From positions 1-64,000 of the forward strand of contig NZ_SBIV01000009.1 of NCBI RefSeq assembly GCF_004765795.1: a DNA stretch of 64,000 nucleotides, given 5' to 3'. The DNA comes from Halorussus marinus (lineage in GTDB: Archaea; Halobacteriota; Halobacteria; Halobacteriales; Haladaptataceae). Made by a program: the position numbers and the translations under genes. Shown here in pieces: positions 1-8,699 of the stretch. The notes beneath the pieces were generated by a model. The model made no database searches and was not told the DNA's origin. It saw only the letters and a list, made by a program, of their open reading frames with translations. Within the stretch, counting starts at the first letter, position 1; the number at the start of each line of letters is the position of its first letter.

Positions 1-2
1 TG

Positions 3-881
3 CTCAACGGCGACAACCTCTACGATCCCGGCGCCGTCGACGCGCTGTTCGCCGACGGTCCGACCATCGGCGCAGTTCGGGTCGACGACCCGTCGAACTA
101 CGGCGTGCTCTCGACCCGCGACGGGCTGGTCACCGACGTGGTCGAAAAGCCCACGGATCCGCCGACGACGCTGGCGAACGCCGGCGCGTACGCGTTCCCC
201 GCGGAGGCGACCGCGTGGCTCGATGTCCCCGCGAGCGAGCGCGGCGAACACGAGCTCACCGACGTGCTCGCGCGAGTGGTCGACGAGTACGAGGTGGGGT
301 ACGTCGAACTCGATCGGTGGCTCGACGTGGGCCGGCCGTGGGAACTGCTCGCGGCCAACGAGTGGAAGCTGGGCGAGCTCGACCGCGAGCTTCGGGGCGA
401 GGTCCACGAGGACGCCGACCTCCGGGGGAGCGTCGTGGTCGAGGCGGGCGCGAGGGTCGACGCCGGAGTCGTGGTCGAGGGGCCGGCGTTGATCCGAAGC
501 GGGGCGAGCGTCGGTCCGAACGCGTACGTTCGCGGGGCGACCTTGATCGGCGAGGACGCCGAGATCGGGCACGGGGTCGAACTCAAAAACAGCGTGGTGG
601 GCCGGGGGACGCACGTCGCACACCTGAGCTACGTCGGCGACAGCGTGCTGGGGCGGGACGTGAACTTCGGTGCGGGGACGAACGTGGCGAACCTGCGTCA
701 CGACGGGAAGGCGGTCGAGTTCACGGTGAAAGGCGAGCGGGTGTCGACGGGGCGCCGGAAGTTCGGGGTGGTGGCTGGCGACGGGGCCAAGACCGCGATC
801 AACACCAGCCTGAACGCCGGGGTGAAGCTGTCGGCCGGCGCCACCACCGCGCCCGGCGAGACCCTCACTCGCGATCGGTGA
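3..881 (+). CDS. Sugar-1-phosphate nucleotidylyltransferase/acetyltransferase (GlmU-like), 5' truncated by the window edge
   Basis: Frame open from position 3 (LNGDNLY...VVEKP...NAGAY...WLDVGRPWELL), then hexapeptide left-handed beta-helix repeats and HLSYVGDS. Confidence 0.9.
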   Translation, partial: LNGDNLYDPGAVDALFADGPTIGAVRVDDPSNYGVLSTRDGLVTDVVEKPTDPPTTLANAGAYAFPAEATAWLDVPASERGEHELTDVLARVVDEYEVGYVELDRWLDVGRPWELLAANEWKLGELDRELRGEVHEDADLRGSVVVEAGARVDAGVVVEGPALIRSGASVGPNAYVRGATLIGEDAEIGHGVELKNSVVGRGTHVAHLSYVGDSVLGRDVNFGAGTNVANLRHDGKAVEFTVKGERVSTGRRKFGVVAGDGAKTAINTSLNAGVKLSAGATTAPGETLTRDR

Positions 882-902
882 TCGGAGTCGCGAGCGCACC
901 CC

Positions 903-1346
903 TCAGTCGGGGTCGTCGACCTCGGTCACCTTCGCGGTGTGCCACGCGTTCGCCGCGAGGTCGTCGAACGCGCCGCGGGCGGCCGGACCCATCGCGAACT
1001 CGCCGTGGTAGGCGTCGGGCTCGCCCGCCGCGCCGGTCGCGGTCCGGACCGCGTCGGCGATCGACTCGTAGTTGTCGCCGATCACGTCGCCGATCAGGAC
1101 GGGCAGGCCCGCGCGCTCACAGAGCTCCCGGGCGGCCTCGCGACCGACGTACACCCGATCGGCCGGCCGGTCGGCGAAGACGAGCGCGAACGGCGTTTCG
1201 CCGAACTGGGCGTCAAGGAACGAGCGGGCTGACTCCTCGCCCCACGCGATGGCACCGACGCCGTCGAGTCGCCGGAGCGCCGAGGCGGCCGCCGAGCAGA
1301 ACGGACACTCCCCGTCGTAGACGAGCACGGCCTGATAGTCGGACAT
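903..1346 (-). CDS. DCC-family (DUF393) thiol-disulfide oxidoreductase-like protein
   Basis: VLVYDGECPFC motif close to ATG 1346; acidic composition. Confidence 0.8.
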   Translation of the reverse strand: MSDYQAVLVYDGECPFCSAAASALRRLDGVGAIAWGEESARSFLDAQFGETPFALVFADRPADRVYVGREAARELCERAGLPVLIGDVIGDNYESIADAVRTATGAAGEPDAYHGEFAMGPAARGAFDDLAANAWHTAKVTEVDDPD

Positions 1347-1394
1347 GCGCGTGCGTACGACCTCGGGGGACAAAAGCGGAGTCGCCGGCTGTCC

Positions 1395-1757
1395 TCAGCG
1401 TTTCGATCGGCCCGGGGGTTCGTCGATCGCCGCCCGATGGTCCAGCATCTCGTCGTACTGACACGCCCGGATCCGCAGGTCCGACTCGGGCGTGGCGGTG
1501 CAGGGCAGGATGAGATCGGCCTCGGCGTCGGCCTCGAAGTAGCGCCGGGCGTCCGACTGGTCGACCTCGCCCGCCAGCAGTTCGGCGGCGCAAGTGGTAC
1601 ACCACCCCTGCTGGCAGTCCGCTGGGAGCCAGACGCCGGCGTCGCGGGCGGCCGCGAGGACGTACTCGGAGTCGGCGACGTCGAGTTCGACCGTCTCGCC
1701 GGCCGCGGCCGCGTCGCAGTCTTCGGGAACTTCGATGACGACGCTGTAGGTACTCAC
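1395..1757 (-). CDS. Plant-type [2Fe-2S] ferredoxin
   Basis: C-x4-C-x2-C (DCQQGWCTTC) plus distal LPC; GTG start. Confidence 0.9.
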   Translation of the reverse strand: MSTYSVVIEVPEDCDAAAAGETVELDVADSEYVLAAARDAGVWLPADCQQGWCTTCAAELLAGEVDQSDARRYFEADAEADLILPCTATPESDLRIRACQYDEMLDHRAAIDEPPGRSKR

Positions 1758-1884
1758 GCGCTCGGATACCGGACAAACGCGGATGAAAGTGTCGGCCGGA
1801 GCGTGCCGGCGTCGGCCGGCCGGCGACCGCCGATCCCGGCGGTCGGTCGGCGGATTCGGACTCCGCCGAGGCGCCTCCGAGCCG

Positions 1885-2544
1885 TCAGGCCGAGTCGTTG
1901 ATCCGGCGGTTCGTCGAGTACGGCGCGTCGCCGGGTTCGCCCCGGACGAAGTGGCCCGCGGGATTGATCTCGCCGTCGCGCTCCATGCTGAGGAGCTCGA
2001 TGAACCACGCCTCGTGTTCGACCTCCTCCTGGAGGATGCGACTCGCCATGTCGTAGGTCCGCGGGTCCTTCCCGTGGGTCATGTCGCAGATCTCGCTCCA
2101 GGTCCGGATCGCACACCGTTCGGCCTCGAGCAGGACTTCGAGGATGCCCTCGGCGTCGAGCTGTGAGAGGTCCGGCGTCTCGCCCTCGAACGGCACCGGG
2201 AGTTCGGCGTGCGGACACGACGCCCGCCCCATGAAATCGCCGATGTCGCCGGGCAGGCTCCCCCCGAGTTCGTACACCCGGGGCGCGACGAGCTCGAAGT
2301 GTGCGCGGTCTTCGAGCCGGGCGTCCTCGGTGATCTCCTTGTAGTCTTCGTGGCCCGCGAGATGCATCCGGAGATTCGTGTAGTAGTAGTATGTGCTGAA
2401 CTCCGCGCCGATCGCGTCGATGAGCCGCTCGCGGAGTTCCTCCGGGTCGAGCCCGCGCTCGCGAAGCGCCTCCATCCCCACGCGCTTGTCGGTCGATCCC
2501 GGTTCGACGCTGCCTGAACCGTGCCGTCGGTCGTCGTCTGCCAT
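1885..2544 (-). CDS. DPS-like (DPSL/thioferritin) ferritin-superfamily protein
   Basis: [35 protein letters not shown] and [25 protein letters not shown] match the Sulfolobus/Pyrococcus DPSL pattern, including the paired cysteines. Confidence 0.88.
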   Translation of the reverse strand: MADDDRRHGSGSVEPGSTDKRVGMEALRERGLDPEELRERLIDAIGAEFSTYYYYTNLRMHLAGHEDYKEITEDARLEDRAHFELVAPRVYELGGSLPGDIGDFMGRASCPHAELPVPFEGETPDLSQLDAEGILEVLLEAERCAIRTWSEICDMTHGKDPRTYDMASRILQEEVEHEAWFIELLSMERDGEINPAGHFVRGEPGDAPYSTNRRINDSA

Positions 2545-2867
2545 GTGTTCTCCCCCGACGCACGGCACGACTCAGACGCCCTTAATGGTTCTTCCCAGCG
2601 AGGAAACACGAGTCGACGGGCGCGAGGAGTTCGAGACGGCGTCCGGTCGGGGTCGGGACACGTCGTGTGCGCCGAATTCGGGCCGTGAAAAACGCTTAAC
2701 TGCGCTCCGGCGGCCCCGAGACAGTCGGCGCCGGGTGCGAGACCGTCGACGTGTCGGTCGGCGACCGCGCCGAGGGCGCCCTCACGGTCACACTCTCGCG
2801 ACCCGACGCCCGAAACGCGCTCGACGCCTACCTCGAAGACCGCGAGCCAGAGTGCGACGAGAGGTGA

Positions 2868-3620
2868 TCAGCGCATCAGTTCGCCGCCGTTGACGTTGAG
2901 CGTCTCGCCGGTGACGAACCCGGCGTCCCGGAGGTACGCCACCGCGTCGGCGATGTCGGCCGGCTGGCCGTAGCGCTCGACCGGGATCGCCGCCAGTTCG
3001 TCTTCTTTCTCGTCTTCGGTCCGGTCGGCGGTCATGTCGGTCTCGACGTGGCCCGGCGCGACCGCGTTGACCCGGATCTCGGGCGCGAAGTCGCCGGCGT
3101 GGCTCTTGGTCAGTCCGAGCAGGCCGGCCTTCGAGGCGGCGTAGTGACACTCGACCGGCGCGCCGGTGTACGCCAGAATCGAGGAGACGTTCGCCACCGA
3201 CGGCGTCGGGGCGTCGTCGGCCTCCCGGTCGGCGGCCTCCCGGAGGTGGGGCAGGGCGGCTTTCGTCACGTTGAACGCGCCGTTGACGTTGGTGTCCATC
3301 ACCTGATCGAAGTCCTCGGCCGAGAGCGACTCGGTGTAGACGTGCTGGTCGACGCCCGCGTTGTTCACGACGTGATCGAGCCCGCCGAACGCCGAGACGG
3401 CCTCCGCGACGAGGTCGTCGGCGTCGGCCGGGTCGCCGACGTCCGCCCGAACCGTGATCGCGTCGGCGTCGGTCTCGGTCTCGATGCGGTCGACGACCGA
3501 CCGCGCTCGGTCGCCGCTCTGTACGTAGTTGACAGCGACGTCGTAGCCGTCGCGTGCGAACCGCTCGGCGATCGCCTTCCCGATGCCTCGCGAGGAGCCG
3601 GTGACGAGTGCTGCTGGCAT
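2868..3620 (-). CDS. Short-chain dehydrogenase/reductase (FabG-like)
   Basis: TGSSRGIG, NNAG, YAASK motifs. Confidence 0.93.
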   Translation of the reverse strand: MPAALVTGSSRGIGKAIAERFARDGYDVAVNYVQSGDRARSVVDRIETETDADAITVRADVGDPADADDLVAEAVSAFGGLDHVVNNAGVDQHVYTESLSAEDFDQVMDTNVNGAFNVTKAALPHLREAADREADDAPTPSVANVSSILAYTGAPVECHYAASKAGLLGLTKSHAGDFAPEIRVNAVAPGHVETDMTADRTEDEKEDELAAIPVERYGQPADIADAVAYLRDAGFVTGETLNVNGGELMR

Positions 3621-3681
3621 ACCGACACCCGGGGTCCCCGGGACCTTGACGCTTATGTCTGATCGGCGTCACTGACCAGAC

Positions 3682-4242
3682 GTGACCGACCCCGATCGGA
3701 CCTCCGACGCCGACCTCGAGGACCTGCTCGACGAACTCGAAGAGCTAGAGGACGCCGTCGACGACCCCCACGAGCGCGAGCAGGTCAGGGAGACGATCCG
3801 GGTCGCCCGTCGGGTCCAGCCGTCCGCGTTCGGCCGGGTCATCCGGGGGTTCGACCGCCACGACGCCGCCGAGGCGCTGGTCGGGAGCGTCGTGTTCGGC
3901 ATCCCCATGCTGGTCGAAGGCGGGACGCTCGAAATCGGGGAGTTCGTCGCGGCGAACCCGACCTCGCTGGTCGTCACCCTCGCCGGCGCCGTCGGCATCG
4001 TGATCGGACTCCTCTACGTCGCCGAGATCCAGCAGGTCGAGATCCACCGGCCGCTGTTCGGCGTGATTCCCAGACGCCTCGCCGGGGTGCTGGGGATCTC
4101 GTTTCTCACGGCGACCGCGACCATGACGGTCTGGGGCCGGGTCGACTGGGCCGAGCCGTGGCTCGCGGTGTGTCAGGTGAGCGTGACGTTCACCGCGATG
4201 GCGATCGGGGCCGCGCTCGGCGACATTCTGCCGGGGTCGTGA
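3682..4242 (+). CDS. DUF2391-like integral membrane protein
   Basis: Acidic N-terminus then about 4 hydrophobic segments; GIPMLVEGG and AIGAALGDILPG. Confidence 0.7.
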   Translation: MTDPDRTSDADLEDLLDELEELEDAVDDPHEREQVRETIRVARRVQPSAFGRVIRGFDRHDAAEALVGSVVFGIPMLVEGGTLEIGEFVAANPTSLVVTLAGAVGIVIGLLYVAEIQQVEIHRPLFGVIPRRLAGVLGISFLTATATMTVWGRVDWAEPWLAVCQVSVTFTAMAIGAALGDILPGS

Positions 4243-4351
4243 GTCGGGTTCGGCAAATTCGGGAGCGTCGCGGGCCGTACCCGGGGGACACAAAGTATAT
4301 CAGCGTGGTGCGGGTAATGGTATCTGTTCCCATAGTGGTTCGTGGTGACGC

Positions 4352-4507
4352 ATGATAGAATGTCCACACTGCGGTTCCGAACTGAATCGGCGGACTAACT
4401 CCCAGACACAGCGGAACGGCGACCCCCTCGGACGCAAGAGTCCGGGCTCGGAACTGGTGTCGTGTCCGGACTGCGACGGCGTGATCGACGGCTTCTCCCC
4501 GCACTGA
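4352..4507 (+). CDS. Small CPxCG-type zinc-finger microprotein (51 aa), not in ORF track
   Basis: Manual translation MIECPHCGSELNRRTNSQTQRNGDPLGRKSPGSELVSCPDCDGVIDGFSPH*; two CPxC knuckles. Confidence 0.8.
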   Translation: MIECPHCGSELNRRTNSQTQRNGDPLGRKSPGSELVSCPDCDGVIDGFSPH

Positions 4508-4633
4508 TCACCGAGCGCCCGTTTTCTCGTCGAGTACTACCGTCGAGCCTGGCCCGTCGCGGGACCGGTATCGCCGATCTCGGGGGTGGCGCCGCCACAA
4601 CAATAAGGAGCGTGAAGCCGTATACAGTGACGC

Positions 4634-5086
4634 ATGACGAACGAAGAGATCACGCGCCTGCTCAAGAAGGCGTACAGCGACGAGATAGAGACGGTGATGA
4701 ACTACCTCACGAACTCCATCGTGCTCGAAGGGGTCAGCGCCGAGGAGGTCAAAGAGAGCCTCGAAACCGACATTCAGGAGGAGCTTGGCCACGCCGAGCA
4801 GCTCGGCAACCGACTCAAACAACTCGACGAGCGCCCGCCGGCCTCCTACGACTTCGAGGCGCGCCAGGAGAGCCTCCAGCCCCCAGAGGACTCGACGGAC
4901 GTGCTCTCGGTCATCAACGGCGTGCTCGACGCCGAAGAGGACGCCATCGAGACGTACCGGGACCTCGTCGACGCCGCGACCGACGGCGACGACCCGGTGA
5001 CCGAGGACCTCGCGGTCACGATCCTGAGCGACGAGGAGGCCCACCGGACGGAGTTTCGGGGGTTCCGCCGCGAGTATCAGGACTGA
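4634..5086 (+). CDS. Ferritin-like (bacterioferritin-related) diiron protein
   Basis: DEIETVMNY, QEELGHA, AEEDAIETY and DEEAHR diiron ligand pattern. Confidence 0.88.
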   Translation: MTNEEITRLLKKAYSDEIETVMNYLTNSIVLEGVSAEEVKESLETDIQEELGHAEQLGNRLKQLDERPPASYDFEARQESLQPPEDSTDVLSVINGVLDAEEDAIETYRDLVDAATDGDDPVTEDLAVTILSDEEAHRTEFRGFRREYQD

Positions 5087-5110
5087 GGACGCGACCGGCG
5101 GGCCGGCGGC

Positions 5111-5118
5111 CTTTTTTC
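5111..5118 (+). terminator. Oligo-T terminator after the ferritin-like gene
   Basis: CTTTTTTC 25 nt after the stop, between convergent genes. Confidence 0.5.
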
Positions 5119-5125
5119 GGCGGTG

Positions 5126-5533
5126 TCACTCCAGAGCGCGTTCGCGCCACGCCACCAGATCCGCCCGATCGCGGGTGTCCTCCGGGAGTTCGTCGAACCA
5201 CCCGGCGTCGGTGATCTCGCCGTCGGGGTCCGAGACTGTCGGCCGGGCCGACTCCGCGCGGGCTTCGAACAGCGGAAGCACGCCTCCCGTCGCGTGGTCC
5301 TCCCACTCGATGTCGACCCGTATCGACAGCGCGAGCCCGTCGAACTCGGCGTCGACGCCCGCCTCCTCGCCGAGTTCGCGCTCGGCGAGCGTCCGGAACC
5401 GCCGCCGGGAGACCCGACGCCGGTAGGTCCGTTCGAGGAAGTCCTCGTGGGCCTCGGTCAGTCGGTGGTAGACGCGCTCGGCGCGCTGGTCGACCCGGGT
5501 CGCGAGATACCAGAGGTCGTCGACCGCCGTCAT
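5126..5533 (-). pseudogene. NUDIX-family protein missing the first half of the Nudix box (probable internal in-frame deletion)
   Basis: MTAVDDLWYLA...RRRFRTLAE-RELGEEAGV...EITDAGWFDELP; the REUxEExGU half is perfect but G-x5-E is absent. Confidence 0.6.
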
Positions 5534-5746
5534 CGGTCGGGCGGTCGGGACGAGACGACTGGAACCGGGCGGCCGAACGGAGTGAGCGAAACGCTCAGGT
5601 GCCGATTGTACCCCGAGAGACCGAATAAGTCTTCGGTCACCCGGACGAAAGAATGGGCGCAGTTCGGCGCGATCGAGGGCCCTCGGAGCGGCCCCGAGCC
5701 GCGAGCAGGCCCAACGCTTTTGATAGCTTGCGGAGTCTGTGTAGAC

Positions 5747-6139
5747 GTGCGAAACGGTGCGATCCTCCTCGGCGGACTCGCGCAGGCGGTGGTCGTCGGG
5801 GTCCTCCTCGTGGTAATCCGGCCGCCGATGGCGGTCTACGCCGCGACCCCGGCGGTCGCCGGCGCGGTCGGCGGGCTCGCCAGCGACCGGTTCCAGTCGG
5901 AGTACGTCGACTCGGGCGGTGCAGGACTGGTCGGCGGGTTGCTGTCGCTCGTGGTCGTCGGGGCGGTCTCGTGGCGGAACTTGGCCGCGCTCCCGCGGGC
6001 GGTCCAGATCGACCTGACGCTGCTGACGGTGGTGTGGAGCTTCGTGGCGCTCGCGTTCCTGTTGCCGGCCTGTCTGTTCGTCAGCGTGCTGGTCGGGCAG
6101 TTCGGCGTCGTCTTGCGGGAGACGCTGTCGGCCCAGTGA
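5747..6139 (+). CDS. Small hypothetical membrane protein (about 4 TM)
   Basis: GTG 5747; hydrophobic C-terminal part of ORF 5123..6139; TTTGATA upstream. Confidence 0.65.
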   Translation: MRNGAILLGGLAQAVVVGVLLVVIRPPMAVYAATPAVAGAVGGLASDRFQSEYVDSGGAGLVGGLLSLVVVGAVSWRNLAALPRAVQIDLTLLTVVWSFVALAFLLPACLFVSVLVGQFGVVLRETLSAQ

Positions 6140-6203
6140 ATCGTCGGGCGGCGTCGCGGTCGAAATCGGGCCGCTTTTACCCCGCGCCGGGTTACTCGAA
6201 GCC

Positions 6204-6386
6204 ATGAGCTTCGACAAGGAAGACCGCGTCGTGTTGCACGACGAACACAGCGACTACGACGGGCAGGAAGGCGAAATCACGCAGGTCATGGACACGATGT
6301 TCGGCGACAGCACGTACACCGTGAGCTTCGAGGACGGCCAGGAGACCGGCATCCCCGAGGACTCGCTGGAAGCCGCCGAGGAGTAA
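6204..6386 (+). CDS. Small acidic SH3-like protein (DUF1918-like), 60 aa
   Basis: Highly acidic; TTTTAC about 27 nt upstream; T-tract downstream. Confidence 0.8.
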   Translation: MSFDKEDRVVLHDEHSDYDGQEGEITQVMDTMFGDSTYTVSFEDGQETGIPEDSLEAAEE

Positions 6387-6420
6387 CGACTTTTTCACTC
6401 CCCGGTACGTACGCCTCCCA

Positions 6421-6846
6421 ATGGCAGAAGTCCCGTTCCACTACGTCGATCTGCGCGCGTTCTGCTACGCCACCGAAGACGACAAGCGCGTCGAGCAGGC
6501 GCTCCGGACGTTCCTCCCCGAGGAGATCGAGATCGAGCGCGCCGAGAGCGAGGGCCACCACGGCGACCGCATCGTGGTGCTGTCCTCGCGGGTCGAGACC
6601 GCCGACGAGATGCGCCACGTCCTCTCGAAAGTGGCGGAGCTCCCGGACGCAGAGAGACTGCTCTCAGAACTCGACGAGCGAGTCGACGACAACTGCTCGC
6701 TTTTCTTGCGGTTCGACAAACAGGCGGCCTACCGCGGGGAGATCGCGCTCGGGGAGGGCATCACGTTCCGTGCGAAAGTCGAGGCCTACCCCGCCGAGAA
6801 GGCGGCCGCGGTCGAGAACGCCCGCGAGGCGCTCTCGGCGCTGTGA
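6421..6846 (+). CDS. Archaeal RNA-binding protein (DUF54 family)
   Basis: FCYATEDDKRVEQAL, EGHHGDRI, LFLRFDKQAA. Confidence 0.85.
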   Translation: MAEVPFHYVDLRAFCYATEDDKRVEQALRTFLPEEIEIERAESEGHHGDRIVVLSSRVETADEMRHVLSKVAELPDAERLLSELDERVDDNCSLFLRFDKQAAYRGEIALGEGITFRAKVEAYPAEKAAAVENAREALSAL

Positions 6847-7056
6847 GGGCGGACGATCGGGGACTTCGGCCCGGTTCGGGACGCCGTCTCTCGACGACGG
6901 TCGGGCGAGGGCGATACCGTCACCTCCGGTTCGTGAGTATAAGGTCCCTTAATCAAACATAGTGTCTTAGATGACGTTGACGTCTTGCGGTTTTGCTCGC
7001 GGCGAGCGCGATCGGCGACTCGAATCGTCGGGTCGCGATCTGTCGCAGCGGTACGC

Positions 7057-7063
7057 TTAAATA
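7057..7063 (+). promoter_or_regulatory. TATA box of the leuA transcript
   Basis: TTAAATA 27 nt upstream of ATG 7090, i.e. leaderless spacing. Confidence 0.65.
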
Positions 7064-7089
7064 GGAGAGTGACCCGAGGTAGGAGTACA

Positions 7090-7170
7090 ATGTCCGACAA
7101 CGACATGTCCTCCTCCGGTACCAGCCGGGGGGATCGAGTTCTTCGAGGGCACGTTAGCTTCCACTACTGA
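7090..7170 (+). CDS. Leaderless upstream ORF overlapping leuA out of frame (26 aa); possibly the true leuA N-terminus before a +1 shift
   Basis: MSDNDMSSSGTSRGDRVLRGHVSFHY*; contains G6 at 7127-7132 and GTT CTT CGA at 7138-7146. Confidence 0.55.
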   Translation: MSDNDMSSSGTSRGDRVLRGHVSFHY

Positions 7171-8317
7171 CGTCGACTCCGCGCGGGTCTTCGATACGAC
7201 CCTGCGCGACGGTGAACAGGCACCGCGGACGTCTTTCTCCTACGACGAGAAACGCGCCATCGCCGCGACCTTGGACGACATGGGCACCCACGTAATCGAG
7301 GCTGGGTTCCCGGTCAACTCCGACGCCGAGTTCGAGGCCGTCAGCGACATCGCCGCGAGCACGAACACGACCGTCTGCGGGCTGGCCCGCGTGGTCGACA
7401 AGGACGTGGAGGCCGCACTCGACTCCGGCGTCGAGATGGTCCACGTCTTCGCCTCGACCAGCGACGTCCAGCTGGAAGACTCCATGCACGCCACCCGCGA
7501 GGAGGTCGTCGAGCGCTCGGTCGCGGCGGTCGAGCGCGTCACGGAGGCGGGCGCGACAGCGATGTTCTCGCCGATGGACGCCACCCGAACCGACGAGGAC
7601 TACCTCGCCGAGGTGGTCGAGGCGGTCTCGGAGGCGGGCGTCGACTGGATCAACATCCCCGACACCTGCGGGGTCGCCACGCCGGCGCGGTTCGCCGAAC
7701 TGGTGACGACGGTCGACGAGCACACCGACGCGCGCATCGACGTCCACACCCACGACGACTTCGGGATGGCGTCGGCGAACGCGGTCGCCGGCTTCGAGGC
7801 CGGCGCCGATCAGGCGCAGGTCTCGGTCAACGGGATCGGCGAGCGCGCGGGCAACGCGGCCTACGAGGAGGTCGTGATGACCGTCGAGAGCGTCTACGGC
7901 GTCGACACCGGTATCGACACGACCCGGATCACCGAGCTGTCGCGGGCGGTCGAGGAGTACAGCGACGTCCCGGTGCCCGCCAACAAGCCGATCGTCGGCG
8001 ACAACGCGTTCGCCCACGAGAGCGGCATCCACGCCGCGGGCGTCATCGAGAACTCAGACACCTTCGAGCCGGGCGTGATGACTCCCGAGATGGTGGGGGC
8101 AACGCGGGAGTTCGTCCTGGGCAAACACACCGGAACGAACTCGGTCCGCAAGCGACTGGAGGATTCGGGCTTCGAGCCGACCGACGACGAGGTCCGGGAG
8201 ATCACCCGCCGGGTGAAAGACTACGGCGCCGAAAAGAACCGCGTCACGACGACCGACCTCGAACGGTTCGCCCGCGAGGCCGGCGTCGCCCGCGAGGAAA
8301 CGGAGGTCAGCGCCTGA
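7133..8317 (+). CDS. leuA: 2-isopropylmalate synthase (LeuA family, short form without the C-terminal regulatory domain); start codon unresolved
   Basis: IEFFEGTL...VFDTTLRDGEQ, HTHDDFG, GIGERAGNA, HESGIH; no ATG/GTG/TTG between the in-frame stop at 7070-7072 and TTG 7271. Confidence 0.9.
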   Translation: MEFFEGTLASTTDVDSARVFDTTLRDGEQAPRTSFSYDEKRAIAATLDDMGTHVIEAGFPVNSDAEFEAVSDIAASTNTTVCGLARVVDKDVEAALDSGVEMVHVFASTSDVQLEDSMHATREEVVERSVAAVERVTEAGATAMFSPMDATRTDEDYLAEVVEAVSEAGVDWINIPDTCGVATPARFAELVTTVDEHTDARIDVHTHDDFGMASANAVAGFEAGADQAQVSVNGIGERAGNAAYEEVVMTVESVYGVDTGIDTTRITELSRAVEEYSDVPVPANKPIVGDNAFAHESGIHAAGVIENSDTFEPGVMTPEMVGATREFVLGKHTGTNSVRKRLEDSGFEPTDDEVREITRRVKDYGAEKNRVTTTDLERFAREAGVAREETEVSA

Positions 8318-8435
8318 TGGCGCCTCGCCGGTTCGCCCCCGTCCGACAGCCGCGCGCGGCGGTCGCCGTCGTTCCGGCGGGTCGCCGGCCCGGCGTGGCA
8401 ACCCCGCGCGCTTCGGGCAACCGTTGCCGAGCGGG

Positions 8436-8447
8436 CAAGAGTTATTA
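8436..8447 (+). promoter_or_regulatory. BRE/TATA of an internal ilvB promoter
   Basis: CAAGAGTTATTA, with TTATTA 30 nt upstream of ATG 8477. Confidence 0.6.
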
Positions 8448-8476
8448 CAGTGGGGCCCGGTACCATTCGACTACAG

Positions 8477-8560
8477 ATGCGACGGTCACTCGCCACTCGG
8501 CCGCTGGCCCGCACGGGGAGCGGCGTGGCCGTCGAGCGCGTGATTATTGTAGGGGCTTGA
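8477..8560 (+). CDS. Putative ilv leader peptide (27 aa) with tandem Val/Ile codons
   Basis: MRRSLATRPLARTGSGVAVERVIIVGA*; codons GTG ATT ATT GTA at 8540-8551. Confidence 0.65.
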   Translation: MRRSLATRPLARTGSGVAVERVIIVGA

Positions 8561-8580
8561 GCCCCTACTACACCTCTTTT
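8549..8580 (+). terminator. Hairpin plus U-tract in the ilvB leader (putative attenuator)
   Basis: GTAGGGGC-TTGA-GCCCCTAC (8549-8568) followed by TACACCTCTTTT. Confidence 0.6.
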
Positions 8581-8699
8581 CCGACCCGACTCGCCGCATC
8601 GATTCCGAACAGCACGCCGCGCGCTCGACAGATGAATTCGACACACGACGCCAGAACCCAGACGTATCGCACACATCCAACCCCGGAGGTGAGCCGACC

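Noticed and set aside
7271..8317. TTG 7271 as the leuA start
   Set aside because: It would remove the catalytic DTTLRDGEQ motif, which is intact upstream in the same frame.
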